Assembly (NCBI GenBank): GCA_002269645.1
Contig: NIVC01000099.1
Coordinates: forward strand, 310,001-374,000
Direction: 5' to 3'
From: Macrostomum lignano
Taxonomy: Eukaryota
DNA length: 64,000 bases
Part shown: positions 36,843 to 48,624 of the stretch, piece by piece
Layout of the letters: each line of letters starts with the position of its first letter
How positions within the stretch are numbered: the first letter of the stretch is position 1
The notes under the pieces: model-generated
Databases searched by the model: none
What the model was told of the DNA's origin: nothing
Seen by the model: the letters and a program-made list of their open reading frames with translations, nothing else
Translations under genes and position numbers: made by a program

Positions 36843-37169
36843 CAACTAACTAACTAACTAACTAACTAACCAACCAACTAACTAACCAACCAACCAACTA
36901 ATTAACTAACTAACTAACTAGCTAGCTAACTGACTGACTAGCTAACTAACTAGTTAACTAGCCAACTAACTAGCCAACTAACTAGCTAACTAATAAAATA
37001 ACTAACTAACTAACTAACTAACTAGCCAACTTACTAACTAACAAGCTAACTAACTAGCTAAGTAACTAGCTAACTAACTGACTGACTAACTAACTAACTA
37101 GCTAACTAACTAACTAACTAGCCAACTAACTAACTAACTAACTAGCCAACTAAAAAATAACTAACTAAC

Positions 37170-37221
<52 letters not shown>

Positions 37222-37224
37222 GCC

Positions 37225-37269
<45 letters not shown>

Positions 37270-37272
37270 GCC

Positions 37273-37321
<49 letters not shown>

Positions 37322-37332
37322 GCTAACTAGCC

Positions 37333-37381
<49 letters not shown>

Positions 37382-37392
37382 GCTAACTAGCC

Positions 37393-37441
<49 letters not shown>

Positions 37442-39024
37442 GCTAACTGGAATATTGTGTTGCGCATATTTCTTCCTCCTCAAAACAGCAGAAGCATTGC
37501 TAGGGGGGGGTGTAATTTGCCAGTTCTGCCATTTTGGCGTTTTACAGCCAGCCTAGCGGTCCTTGGTTCGTTTCAGGCGTTTTGATGGGCGCAGGGGATT
37601 TATTGGCGCAGTCGGTCGAAGCGAGCCAGCAGGCCGCCAAAGCGAAGGGCACCGAAGGCGTCAACTGGCGCCGGACAGCTCGACTGTTTACGCTGGGCTG
37701 CTGCCTCTATGTGAGCCATTTGCCGATGCACCAGCATCACGGACACATTGACATCAAGGACACATTCACATCACAGACACATTCACATCACGGACACATT
37801 CACATCACGGACATATTGACATTACGGACACATTGACATCATGGACACACTGACATCACGAACACACTGACTTAAGATCGGACTCATAAACATCATAGAA
37901 AGTAATTAATTAACTAAATAAATAATGAATTTTGTGTCATTAACGCCTCAGACACACCCAATTACTGAAACATAAAGATATCGTCATCGCAGATACACAG
38001 TAATTGAAACCACAAAAGACTTGTACTGAGGGACACAGCGCACAAATCAAAACGATAGCAACAGGGAAACCTCCAGTCATAGGGCACAAAACTAACTTTC
38101 ATATTATTTGTAACGAGCTTTCCAAACAGTTTCACTAATTATCGCATCCAGGGTCCTTGGCTGAACCAATGGTACAAGTTCCTGGCAACCAGGTTCCAAG
38201 GCCAGCGACTGGCCCTGGTCAAGATGGTGTCAGCTGACCAGTTGGTCATGGCGCCCTGCGTGATTGGCTCCTACCTGACTGTTGTCACCTATCTGAATAC
38301 GGCCGATGCGACCAAAGTTTCTCAGCAGTTGCGCCTCTTTCCCGAGGTGTTGCTCAATAATTACAAGGTGTGGCCTGCAGTGCAGACTGTCAACTTCTTG
38401 TTCGTGCCAGTCCACTTGCGGTGAGCTGCTTGATCATCTCTGATTGGCTGCAGAGACTAGCTTGATCATCTCTGATTGGCTGGAGAAAATAGATTGATCA
38501 TCTCTGATTGGTTGAAGAGAATAGCTTGATCATCTCTGATTGGCTGGAGAGAATATTAATCATCTCTGATTGGCTGAAGAGAATAGCTTGATCATCTCTG
38601 ATTGGCTGAAGAGAATAGCTTGATCATCTCTGATTGGCTCGAGTGAATAGCTTGATTTTCTGGGGAGAATAGCTTGATCATCTCTGATTGGCTGGAGAGA
38701 ATAGATTGATCATCTCTGATTGGCTCGAGTGAATAGCTTGATTTTCTGGGGAGAATAGCTTGAGCATCTCTGATTGGCTGGAGTGAATAGATTGATCATC
38801 TCTGATTGGCTGGAGTGAATAGATTGATCATCTCTGATTGGCTGGAGTGAATAGATTGATCATCTCTGATTGGCTGGAGTGAATAGCTTGATTTTCTGGG
38901 AAGAATAGCTTGAGCATCTCTGATTGGCTGGCCTGTATAATCCCGCAGGCTAATCCTGGCCAACTGCGTGGCACTGCTGTGGAACACGTACATGTCCTGG
39001 ATGGCGCACCAGGCTAGTCATTGA
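36123..39024 (+). CDS. MPV17: Mpv17-family mitochondrial inner-membrane protein, 187 aa; exons 36123-36207, 37577-37710, 38152-38420, 38949-39024
   Basis: All introns GT-AG; 564 nt in frame; motifs LMGAGDLLAQ, WYKFL, KMVSADQLVMAP, NYKVWPAVQTVNFLFVP, WNTYMSW match Mpv17. Confidence 0.93.
36238..37448. repeat. (CTAA)n microsatellite in Mpv17 intron 1
   Basis: About 1.2 kb of AACT units with CCAA and CTAG variants. Confidence 0.97.
37735..37870. repeat. Short repeat ATCACGGACACATTGAC in Mpv17 intron 2
   Basis: About 8 degenerate units. Confidence 0.8.
38430..38930. repeat. 32-bp minisatellite TGATCATCTCTGATTGGCTGGAGTGAATAGAT in Mpv17 intron 3
   Basis: About 14 units, nearly all containing CTGATTGGCT. 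Confidence 0.93.
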
Positions 39025-39249
39025 TTACCAGAGATTAAATTAAGTTTTCACGTCTGCTCGAATTTAGAACAGTTACGCAATTGTATGTCAAAGTAGTTCA
39101 GTAGCTGTGCAAGCTTTTAAATGCACTTTTAGTGTGTTTAAGACTTATAAAAATCGATTAGCAATATATGTTAATGATTTCTTTCAGTTTTTATCGTAAA
39201 ATGCATTAATCTGTTTCATAAAACCCATCAGGGGATCAGGAGGTAGCGG

Positions 39250-39827
39250 CTGGCTCAGGGTGTGGGGAGTAGCGGCCGGACCCTGAAGGCTCAGGGTGTG
39301 GGGAGTAGCGGCCGGACCCTGAAGGCTCAGGGTGTGGGGAGTAGCGGCAGGACCCTGAAGGCTCAGAGTGTGGGGAGTAGCGGCCGGACCCTGAAGGCTC
39401 AGAGTGTGGGGAGTAGCGGCAGGACCCTGAAGGCTCAGGGTGTGGGGAGTAGCGGCAGGACCCTGAAGGCTCAGAGTGTGGGGAGTAGCGGCAGGACCCT
39501 GAAGGCTCAGAGTGTGGGGAGTAGCGGCAGGACCCTGAAGGCTCAGAGTGTGGGGAGTAGCGGCAGGACCCTGAAGGCTCAGAGTGTGGGGAGTAGCGGC
39601 AGGACCCTGAAGGCTCAGAGTGTGGGGAGTAGCGGCAGGACCCTGAAGGATCAGAGTGTGGGGAGTAGCGGCAGGACCCTGAAGGCTCAGGGTGTGGGGA
39701 GTAGCGGCCGGACCCTGAAGGCTCAGAGTGTGGGGAGTAGCGGCAGGACCCTGAAGGCTCAGAGTGTGGGGAGTAGCGGCAGGACCCTGAAGGCCCAGAG
39801 TGTGGGGAGTAGCGGCTGGACCCTGAA
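39250..39827. repeat. 36-bp minisatellite GGGGAGTAGCGGCAGGACCCTGAAGGCTCAGAGTGT
   Basis: About 16 units. Confidence 0.95.
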
Positions 39828-40439
39828 GTACATAAGCGATTATGATAGGAACTTCTACCATTTTATTCTACCTATAACTTGCATAAGTTATCTGTATATG
39901 CACTACAGAGCGATATGCACAATCTCTATAGTTCATTTTAATTTAACTTAATATTTGTGCAAATGAATTTTACTGCGAACAATCTATACAGTAATTAGAA
40001 TTGCGAATATTAATTTATTTCTGACCGCACGGAAGCTTGCAGCTTCGTGGTGATTTTATAACAATGCACTACTTTTTAATTACGTAAACAAATGAGTCTT
40101 TTTTTTCGTTTTTTGCATCTTTGTGTATTAGCAGCAGTAAGCTGGAGTCTTCGACTAAGATTATGTATTTTAACTGATGGAAAGCAGGAACAACACTTAC
40201 GAGTGGTAAAACTCTTACTGCAGTTTTTGACTGCTGAATTCGCACATTCTACAAGCCAGTGCAAAATGAGGCCTATCCGCACTATAGCTGACACAAAAAG
40301 TTAAAATTCCAATTATTCTATAATTACGAGTATTTTAGCGCATGAACTAGTTTACCTATGTCCCTCATCATCATTACATCATGCCCCGATCTCTGTCTCT
40401 CCCAGGCAACTTGTATAGTCTGCCTAATCATGTCTAGTC

Positions 40440-40980
40440 TGCCTCATCATCATCATCATTCTCTGCACCACTCTCAGTCTCCCTCATCATCATCATCATC
40501 ATCATGCTCCGCACCACTCTCAGTCTCCCTCATCATCATCATCATTCTCTGCACCACTCAGTCTCCCTCATCATCATCATCATCATCATCATCATGCTCC
40601 GCACCACTCTCAGTCTCCCTCATCATCATCATCATCATGCTCCGCACCACTCTCAGTCTCCCTCATCATCATCATCATTCTCTGCACCACTCAGTCTCCC
40701 TCATCATCATCATCATCATGCTCCGCACCACTCTCAGTCTCCCTCATCATCATCATCATCATTCTCTGCACCACTCAGTCTCCCTCATCATCATCATCAT
40801 CATGCTCCGCACCACTCTCAGTCTCCCTCATCATCATCATCATTCTCTGCACCACTCAGTCTCCCTCATCATCATCATCATGCTCCGCACCACTCTCAGT
40901 CTCCCTCATCATCATCATCATGCTCCGCACCACTCTCAGTCTCCATCATCATCGGCATGATGCGCCACTCTCAGTCTCCC
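40440..40980. repeat. Compound (CAT)n plus CTCTGCACCACTCAGTCTCCCT repeat
   Basis: Read directly. Confidence 0.93.
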
Positions 40981-41008
40981 TCACTATTAAATGATGATGC
41001 CCCCAGCC

Positions 41009-41675
41009 TCAGACTCCCGTCAGCCATTGCGATGCGAAGACGCAGGCGCACAGCAGCTGCAGCGTCATGGCCACGCAGCCGGACACCAGCAGGGCCATGT
41101 TGAATGGCCGGTTGCTCGTCAGCTCGTGCTTTCTGTCGCCGTGCAGCACCCCGCAGAGTCCAGCGAACACCGCCAGGCAAACCAGGGCCACCGCCAGCAG
41201 CACGGCAAGCCAGTCATCCAGGGTGAATGCATCGGTGCAGGAGTTCTGCGGATTGGGCGGCGAAGGCATTGGCTAATCTCCTGGTGTCTGCGCAGTTCTC
41301 ACCGCTCTTCTCTTGACACCTCTGGGCTTCAATGCCTAAAAATATCTGCATGTACCATGGAGCTCATGCAGCTCGGCCAGATTCGGCGCTTATTGGACAC
41401 CCGGACACCGATTTGGCGACAACTGACACCAAGAGTCCACGCGCCCCAGAAAAGTAGGCAGCCTCTCCCTAAGAGCTCACCGAGGTCTTCTGCTTCATGC
41501 TGAGTCTTCGGTCTGAGCCGCGCGAGGTCACCGAGACCATCTCGACAGCGTCCTCGTCCTGCTGATCATCCGCTTGCTTCTGGCCATCCGCAGTCCTCTG
41601 CGACTCCGCGCCATTTCCAATCTGTGACAGGCGCTTCAGCGGCACCTTCTTGACCGGAGGCTGCTGACTCGCCAT
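41009..41675 (-). CDS. Orphan protein of about 152 aa with two predicted TM helices; exons 41675-41481 and 41272-41009
   Basis: Phase-0 TCG|GTGAGC donor and ATTAG acceptor join the two ORFs; hydrophobic WLAVLLAVALVCLAVFAGLCGVL and MALLVSGCVAMTLQLLCACVF. Confidence 0.6.
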
Positions 41676-43189
41676 CTCTTCTGGTAATTTGGCCCCGGAA
41701 AGCTGCGGTGCGCATGCTTAAAGTGGCAAAGCGCGGAACAAGAGAAACCGAGGATTGCAGAGCTGCGAGTTGTCTATGGCCGAGCAGTTTGGGTGGCAGA
41801 CTTACGGATTTCAAGGAAATACGTGTAGATTATAAAAATGAATGCGCTGAACATACTACTCAATTTTTCACCAGAAGCAACCGATGCAACGATATAATTC
41901 GGATGCAAAACGTCTTTATACATCCTTATACATTACATGTACATGCATACTGGGAAGCCTGAGTGCCCTGTAAAGTTGAATTAGCAAGTCGGGGCCACTA
42001 CTATACCCTGACCCTGAATAGGCGCTTGTATGCGCTCAGGTGTCAACGGAATGTACCCTGCGAGTACATATGTACGATATTATGCATACAAATGTGCATT
42101 AACATGAAAGCAACGGTTGTCAGGTGATGTATCTTGATATAGCCTTCAGACGTCTGCAGTGATAGCCGATTTTGCTGCTTTTGCGAACTATACCAGGAGG
42201 GGGGGGAAATTCATCACACTTTTTTTGCTGCACCGGAGCGGAGCATGAACGCAGGCACTCGAAATTCAAGACCACGGGCCAACTTGTTGTTGCGCACCTT
42301 CTCAAACAATGATCAAGTCGCCAGCCCTCCGGACCGTCGAGATACTCGTATTCGACGATTCTGCCAGTAGGTCGGATTTAATTATTTCCATAAGCACCAG
42401 TGTATTCAGCACACCCCTGTGCGCCAATCAGCAGTGCCTTGTCAAGCCTCCAAATTTCATCAGGACGTCGATCACATGTGTCTGCATCAGCTCACTGACT
42501 TCGTTAGTCACTGGTCTTCACCCAGGCGGAGCTTCTGGATCTTCAACAGGTGACTATGAATACCCTGGTGCGAATTTCTCTAGTTTCGCTGATCAGGCCT
42601 CAATTGCTGGACATCCTCAGCCAGTCTCTGAAGCATTCCGTCTTGAGAGCAAAAAATTGTCAGGGCCAGGAATCCCCCCCCTTGGTAGTTCTACTGTTAA
42701 TACACCTACCGAACCATTGTTATTGGAATTTTCGAACCTTTAATTACTTACAACGCGATGCCTGAGCAGAAGTTGCATGTACATTTATGCTGTACAGGTA
42801 TCCCCTACTTCGCATAAAACAATTCTATTACATTTGTGTAAGCACATGTATGTTTCTTATCCCTGTTATTCAATAGGCAGAATTTGCATGCATATTGGAG
42901 TAAGTTTTTTTTAAAACACATGATGTACCTTTAATATCTTTGTGGATGGTGCGACAATTTTTATTTCATTTTCAATACGTTTTTATTCCAAATGAGATTA
43001 CCAATAGGCACAGAAAGAAACGTATTGGCAAAAAAATTGACTAAAATAATATTTAAAGCAATGGATGCATTACAGCTCGACAGCGAATGCTATACGAGCG
43101 TAAAAGACTGCTTGAGCGACCGCGGTCCCGCAACTTCTGCTTTTGCCATTGAAACTCTGCTGAAAACTGGACGTGCATGTATCTCCGAC

Positions 43190-44195
43190 CCCCATTCCAG
43201 CCACCTCACTCCCTCCCTGCCCCTCTCCGATCCCCATTCCAGCCACCCCACTCCCTGGATCTCTCCGACCCCCATTCCAGCCACCTCACTCCCTGGATCT
43301 CTCCGACCCCCATTCCAGCCACCTCACTCCCTGGATCTCTCCGACCCCCATTCCAGCCACCTCACTCCCTGGATCTCTCCGACCCCCATTCCAGCCACCT
43401 CACTCCCTGGATCTCTCCGACCCCCATTCCAGCCACCTCACTCCCTGGATCTCTCCGACCCCTATTCCAGCCACCTCACTCCCTGGATCTCTCCGACCCC
43501 TATTCCAGCCACCTCACTCCCTGGATCTCTCCGACCCCTATTCCAGCCACCTCACTCCCTGGATCTCTCCGACCCCCATTCCAGCCACCTCACTCCCTGG
43601 ATCTCTCCGACCCCTATTCCAGCCACCTCACTCCCTGGATCTCTCCGACCCCTATTCCAGCCACCTCACTCCCTCCCTGCCCCTCTCCGACCCCATTCCA
43701 GCCACCTCACTCCCTCCCTGCCCCTCTCCGATCCCCATTCCAGCCACCTCACTCCCTGGATCTCTCCGACCCCTATTCCAGCCACCTCACTCCCTGCCCC
43801 TCTCCGACCCCATTCGAGCGCCTCACTCCCTCTCTGCCCATCTCCGACCCCCATTCCAGCCACCCCATTCCCTGGATCTCTCTGACCCCTATTCTAGCCA
43901 GCTCACTCCCTCCCTGCCCCTCTCCGACCCCCATTCCAGCCACCTCACTCCCTGCCCCGATCTCTGATCCCCATTCCAGCCATCTCCCTCCCTGCCTCGA
44001 TCTCCGATCCCCATTCCAGCCATCTCCCTCCCTGCCCCGATCTCCGATCCCCATTCCAGCCATCTCCCTCCCTGCCCCAATCTCCGATCCCCATTCCAGC
44101 AACCTCCCTGCCCCTCTCCGACCCCATTCAAGCGCCTCACTCCCTCTCTGCCCATCTCCGACCCCCCATTCCAGCCACCTCCCTACTGCCATCCC
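43190..44195. repeat. 38-bp minisatellite CCCCATTCCAGCCACCTCACTCCCTGGATCTCTCCGAC
   Basis: Period 38 measured; degenerates toward the right end. Confidence 0.95.
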
Positions 44196-44327
44196 CATTT
44201 CCAAGCATGATAAAGTATACGGAGCTAATACACGGAGCCGGATACTCGTACGACACTATTTTTGAAAAGACGCTTTCTTCAAATAGTACTGCTGGCTTCC
44301 AACACGCAGAGTAAGTCGACCCTCTCA

Positions 44328-44378
44328 CTAAAGCTGACAGTTATCGTTCGGAGTTTCGTCACATTCCGCACCGTTATC
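44328..44378 (-). other. Probable last exon of SLC6 copy A (DNGAECDETPNDNCQL*), now downstream of a premature TAA
   Basis: CATCTAG acceptor at 44379; in phase with the CAG|GTCAGA donor at 44457. Confidence 0.55.
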
Positions 44379-44475
44379 CTAGATGATGTGGAATGAGAGA
44401 TGCTTGTTACTAAGAAACTGCCCCATATTAGGATTATAAAGTACACAAAAATCTGACCTGCAATGCCAGAAGCTC

Positions 44476-47400
44476 TTATTCGTCCATGTTGTTTAAACTC
44501 TCGATTGGAAAAACATCAATAAATTTTATGTTGCGCTTAGGATCCAGATAAAAATACTTTAACACGCCAAGCTTCTCCAGGTAGGGAGCCATCAAAAGCC
44601 TGTACCTGTTGATTGAATTTCGGCGTTCAATTAGTTCCATTGGCTCTGCTTTAGTCTGGCTAATTTGCCCTAGTCTGGATAATGTACTACAGTCTGGTTA
44701 AGAATGTCCTTCAGTCTGGCTAAGAATGTGCTCCAGTCCTGTCTAAGGATGTGCACTAGTCTGGCCGAGATCCGATTTACCTGGGAATGGCCGGGCCCCA
44801 GGTGTAGGTAGGAATGGACAAGTCCCGCAGCCGGCGCCACCAGGAGATGCCGACGGGCTCCATGAGCAGCCGGCTGAGCCCCGTGCCGACAATGATGAGC
44901 AGCGGAATCACCGACAGCAGCCAGCCCAGCGCGTCCGCCCAGATGGGATAATAATCCCCTTTTCCCTTGGTGTACTCGGTGCGCCCCAGATCAGCAACGC
45001 TGGCTAGGAGAGTGAAGAGGATCAGCGCAGGTGTGACGTATTGCCACATGTACCTCCAGACCGGCCTTGTCAAATTTAATGATCAATTGATTTATCGGTA
45101 AGAATGCAGCATTACCTTTAATTATTAAGTGAAGTGGCGATAAAACACGACTGTTGATCTTATACTGATTGCGCTTACTTTCAAGTCATTAATTCCCCGT
45201 TAGATCATGTGGGCAATATAGTTCTCAATCACATTTGCTCAATACCAATTCAACCTCCCGATGGGTTTCCTACTCTCTTCTTTCCGTGGGTTTTTTCAAT
45301 TCCAGGTAAGCTATCGATTTTGGTTGCTGACTATACTCAGCAACATTGAGAAGTCGCCACCCTTTGCCCCAGTGAGCAGTTCTTTCGACCAGCGTCTATC
45401 ACCTGGCCAACCATTTTGATATTAAAAAATGCTTGAAAAAAGCAATGAAAACCGGGCGGAAGCTTCAATCCATCCAATCTTCGCCCTCCGCTCTTCCCAA
45501 TCCCTCCTCACCCAGCCCAACTCTGCGTCGCGGAGCGCAAGTTGCGTCACTCAAAAGTCAATCCTGAGCTGAAATTTACTGCGCACTCTCAAAGGTGGCG
45601 AATTTTTAATGCGTTGAGTACACATACAGCACATGTTCCACAATTTATGCTCGAATACCATAAATAGAACTCACGAAATGGACTGACGCATCATGAGCGC
45701 GATGTCCTCGGTGAACCGGTGGAACTTGCCGAACCCGGGCCGGCCGTAAACCCAGCCCACCAAAATGCACTCCATGAAGCCCACGAGCAGCACTATCCAG
45801 CCGCTCAAATATCTGTCGAAGATGTTCATCAGGTATAACCCGCCCGAACAGGTGAACGGCAGGCCAAGGAGGAACATCACGAAGCACACAACCCCGATCA
45901 AGGGCAGCCGGTGGCGTCGAAGGACGAAAAATTTATCGCACAGAGCTGTGATCAGCGTTTCAACAAGCCCGAACTGTAAAAGGTGATCACGCAGGGTTAG
46001 CGTATTCAGAGATCCAAAGTTTTCAAGCTTGCGATGAAAAACCGGCGCTCAGTCATTAGTAGTGAGGAGTATCGGAGGAACCCGTAATCATTATTTCACC
46101 ATCTTAACGGAGCAACACACGCTCACAAACACCGACAATCAATCAATCAAACCAGAGCGTCTTGGAGGTACCTCAAAAGGCAGACTCCCAATAATTCCTT
46201 ACTGACTGTCACAGACAGACCTAAGACTTTCGAAACGATCATATTTGGTACTGAGCTCTACGAGTCAGGTTTAGTTCACCCCTTTCTGGAATTCCGCTCG
46301 CCTGAAAGGTATTTTGAATAGTTGCTCCGGTATAGTCAAAATTTTCGCTCGTAATAAAAAGTACAGAGAGAGCCACAGAAGTTAAAGGATACACTCTGCA
46401 AGCAGAACAAGACCCAACAAATGGACAAAAAACTTAATATTGTAAATTTACCTGACTGTCGATTCCAAGACTAAAAATCATGATAAAGAATAGAATTGAC
46501 CAGTAGTTGCTCCCTGGCAGCAGATTCATAACCTCAGGGTAAACGATGAATGCAAGCCCGAATTCTGAAGCCGGACAGATTGCTTGTCATTAACTATCAC
46601 TGCTTCAAAATATTTTATTTGTATTGTATTTTTAAAAAATAAATTGCCTTGCCTGAGCGAGTCACGTCGCTCACGGGCACCCTTAGATTGCCAGCCAGGT
46701 GACCGATGAAGCTGAATATGACGAAGCCAGCGAACACGCTCGTCAGGCAGTTGGCCGACGTTACAAAGAACGTGTCCCGGATGACGTTGTTATGAAATCG
46801 ATTGTAGCTGGAGAGCGACATCAGGCCGCCCCAGCTGCAGGACAGCGAGAAGAAGATCTGGCCAGCCGCGTCCTTCCAGACCCGAGCTTTGCCGAGCGCG
46901 CTGAAGTCCGGGACGATGTAGAACCGGATGCCCTCGATCGCGTTTTCCAGGGTGACCCCTCTGATGAAGAAGATCAAGAGGATCACGTAGGGAAACAAGG
47001 CGGTGAAGTACACCACCTTGCCGGATGACTTGATGCCACGAATCATGCTTAAGAAGATGACAATCCAGGAAAGCAGCAGGCACATCACCAGCTTCCAGTC
47101 CGGCGAGCCAAACTTGTTGATGTCGCCGCTGACTTTTAAAACCTCGCGGCTGCATTAGAAAGACAGAGAGTGGCATTGACACAGATCCTAACCTAACCCT
47201 AATCTCAGGACACTGCAGTGCTCAAGCGCTCACTTGAAGTACTCTTCCGACGCTAGAATTCGTCGAAGCCCTGTCGTCTTTTGAAATAGGCTTTCGTTGT
47301 AGATGCCCAAGAAGATGGTGCCGTTGTAGCAGGTGCCATTCGGCTGTGGCTGGCCCTCTCCACAGGACACAAACGGCAGGCGATCGGTGCACGCTAAAAG

Positions 47401-48624
47401 TAAAAAAAACGGTTTCGTTAGTATGATTCGTGCCTTTTGAAAACAAAGTGAGATTGAATACACTCGCAGAACTTGATTCAAAAATCATTTTGATTCAAAA
47501 ATCACAGTTGGTGTTCCAATGGTGACTGCAGTTATTCCAAGGCAGAGTTGACGTCATTGATGCGAAGGTGTAGTATATAGAAATGGATATTATTATGTTG
47601 TAGTAGGTTGACACTGTTGTGGACAAGAACACCATCGAGTAGCCAAGACCTGTGGAGGATGCGAGGATCAGGAAATATCTTTTTAAAAATAGGTTCGCTA
47701 AAGCGGACCCTTCTTTGTACTGACTGACGAGTCAAGTGCTAAGAGTTAGAACTGCCCGTACAATGACTAGCGGGTTCTAGACTGCACTAAAAGGTGCTAA
47801 GGCAAAGCGAAATCGATCATACGGGTTGGTGACAAAAATTTTCCTATTTCTAACGAACTATTTGATCCATACGAAATCACAGACAGGCTAATTCTAAATC
47901 GGGAGCAGACTTAAAAACTTCAGGTAAAACAACTCTCAAGCGTCGATTTGTGCACACCGGTGAAGATGGGCGCGAACTCCCAGCAGGTGGCCGGGCCCTC
48001 GCTGGTGAACTGTCCCAGGCTGAGGTCCAGCAGGAACACAGGAATGCCGCACAACAGCAAAAGGATGGCGTAGGGTATCAGAAACGCGCCACCGCCGTTG
48101 CTAAAGCAGAGGTAGGGAAAGCGCCAAAAATTTCCCAGACCGACCGCGTAGCCCAGGCAGCTGAGCACGAAGTCCAGCCGGCCCGACCAGTTGCCTCTTT
48201 CCGGGTTCTCGTCCACGCTGTAGTTGACGGTAGACCGGTGATCAGCCTCCCTGGAGGCCCTGTCCCGACTGCAGCTGCTCCCGATCCCATTGATGCCGCT
48301 GCCGCCTCTTGTAAAGGGTTGCCTAGAGGCCCCGCCGCCTCTGCCGCCGTCCGAGGCATTGACAGTGAGCTCGGCGCGGAGCTGACGAATGAACCGCTCG
48401 CGTTGCTGGGCCGGGGTTTCCTTCAGCCACTTGATCTGCTTTTTCTTTTCCTTCCGCAGGTTGCATTGTTGGCTTTCATTAGAAACAGATTCCTCTCTAC
48501 TGCTTATGGTGTTTTTTTGATCCGGCTTCTGCTGCTGATGCTGCTGATGTTGTTGTTGCTGCTGATTATCATCGGTAGTCAAATCGAGTGGTTGCAAGTT
48601 ATTGGATGATTTTTGCTCCGGCAT
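44476..48624 (-). CDS. SLC6 Na+/Cl--dependent transporter, glycine-transporter-like, copy A, 764 aa; exons 48624-47958, 47649-47506, 47393-47234, 47149-46653, 46564-46452, 45973-45675, 45065-44781, 44605-44476
   Basis: [52 protein letters not shown] motifs; 2295 nt in frame; internal exons of 144, 160, 497, 113, 299 and 285 nt equal those of copy B; one GC donor. Confidence 0.93.

Noticed and set aside
36238-37448. Interstitial telomere
   Set aside because: The unit is TTAG, not TTAGG or TTAGGG.
39184-39951. ORFs encoding LQGPAATPHTLS and similar repeats
   Set aside because: A 36-bp period keeps frames open on both strands; no non-repeat domain or splice support.
40358-41103. Poly-His protein
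   Set aside because: Translation of (CAT)n; all plus frames are open, and the better gene model is on the minus strand.
42992-44265. Pro/Ser-rich ORFs
   Set aside because: Products of the 38-bp minisatellite.
46699-47028. Plus-strand ORF nearly duplicated at 55265-55594
   Set aside because: Antisense shadow of the converted SLC6 exon.
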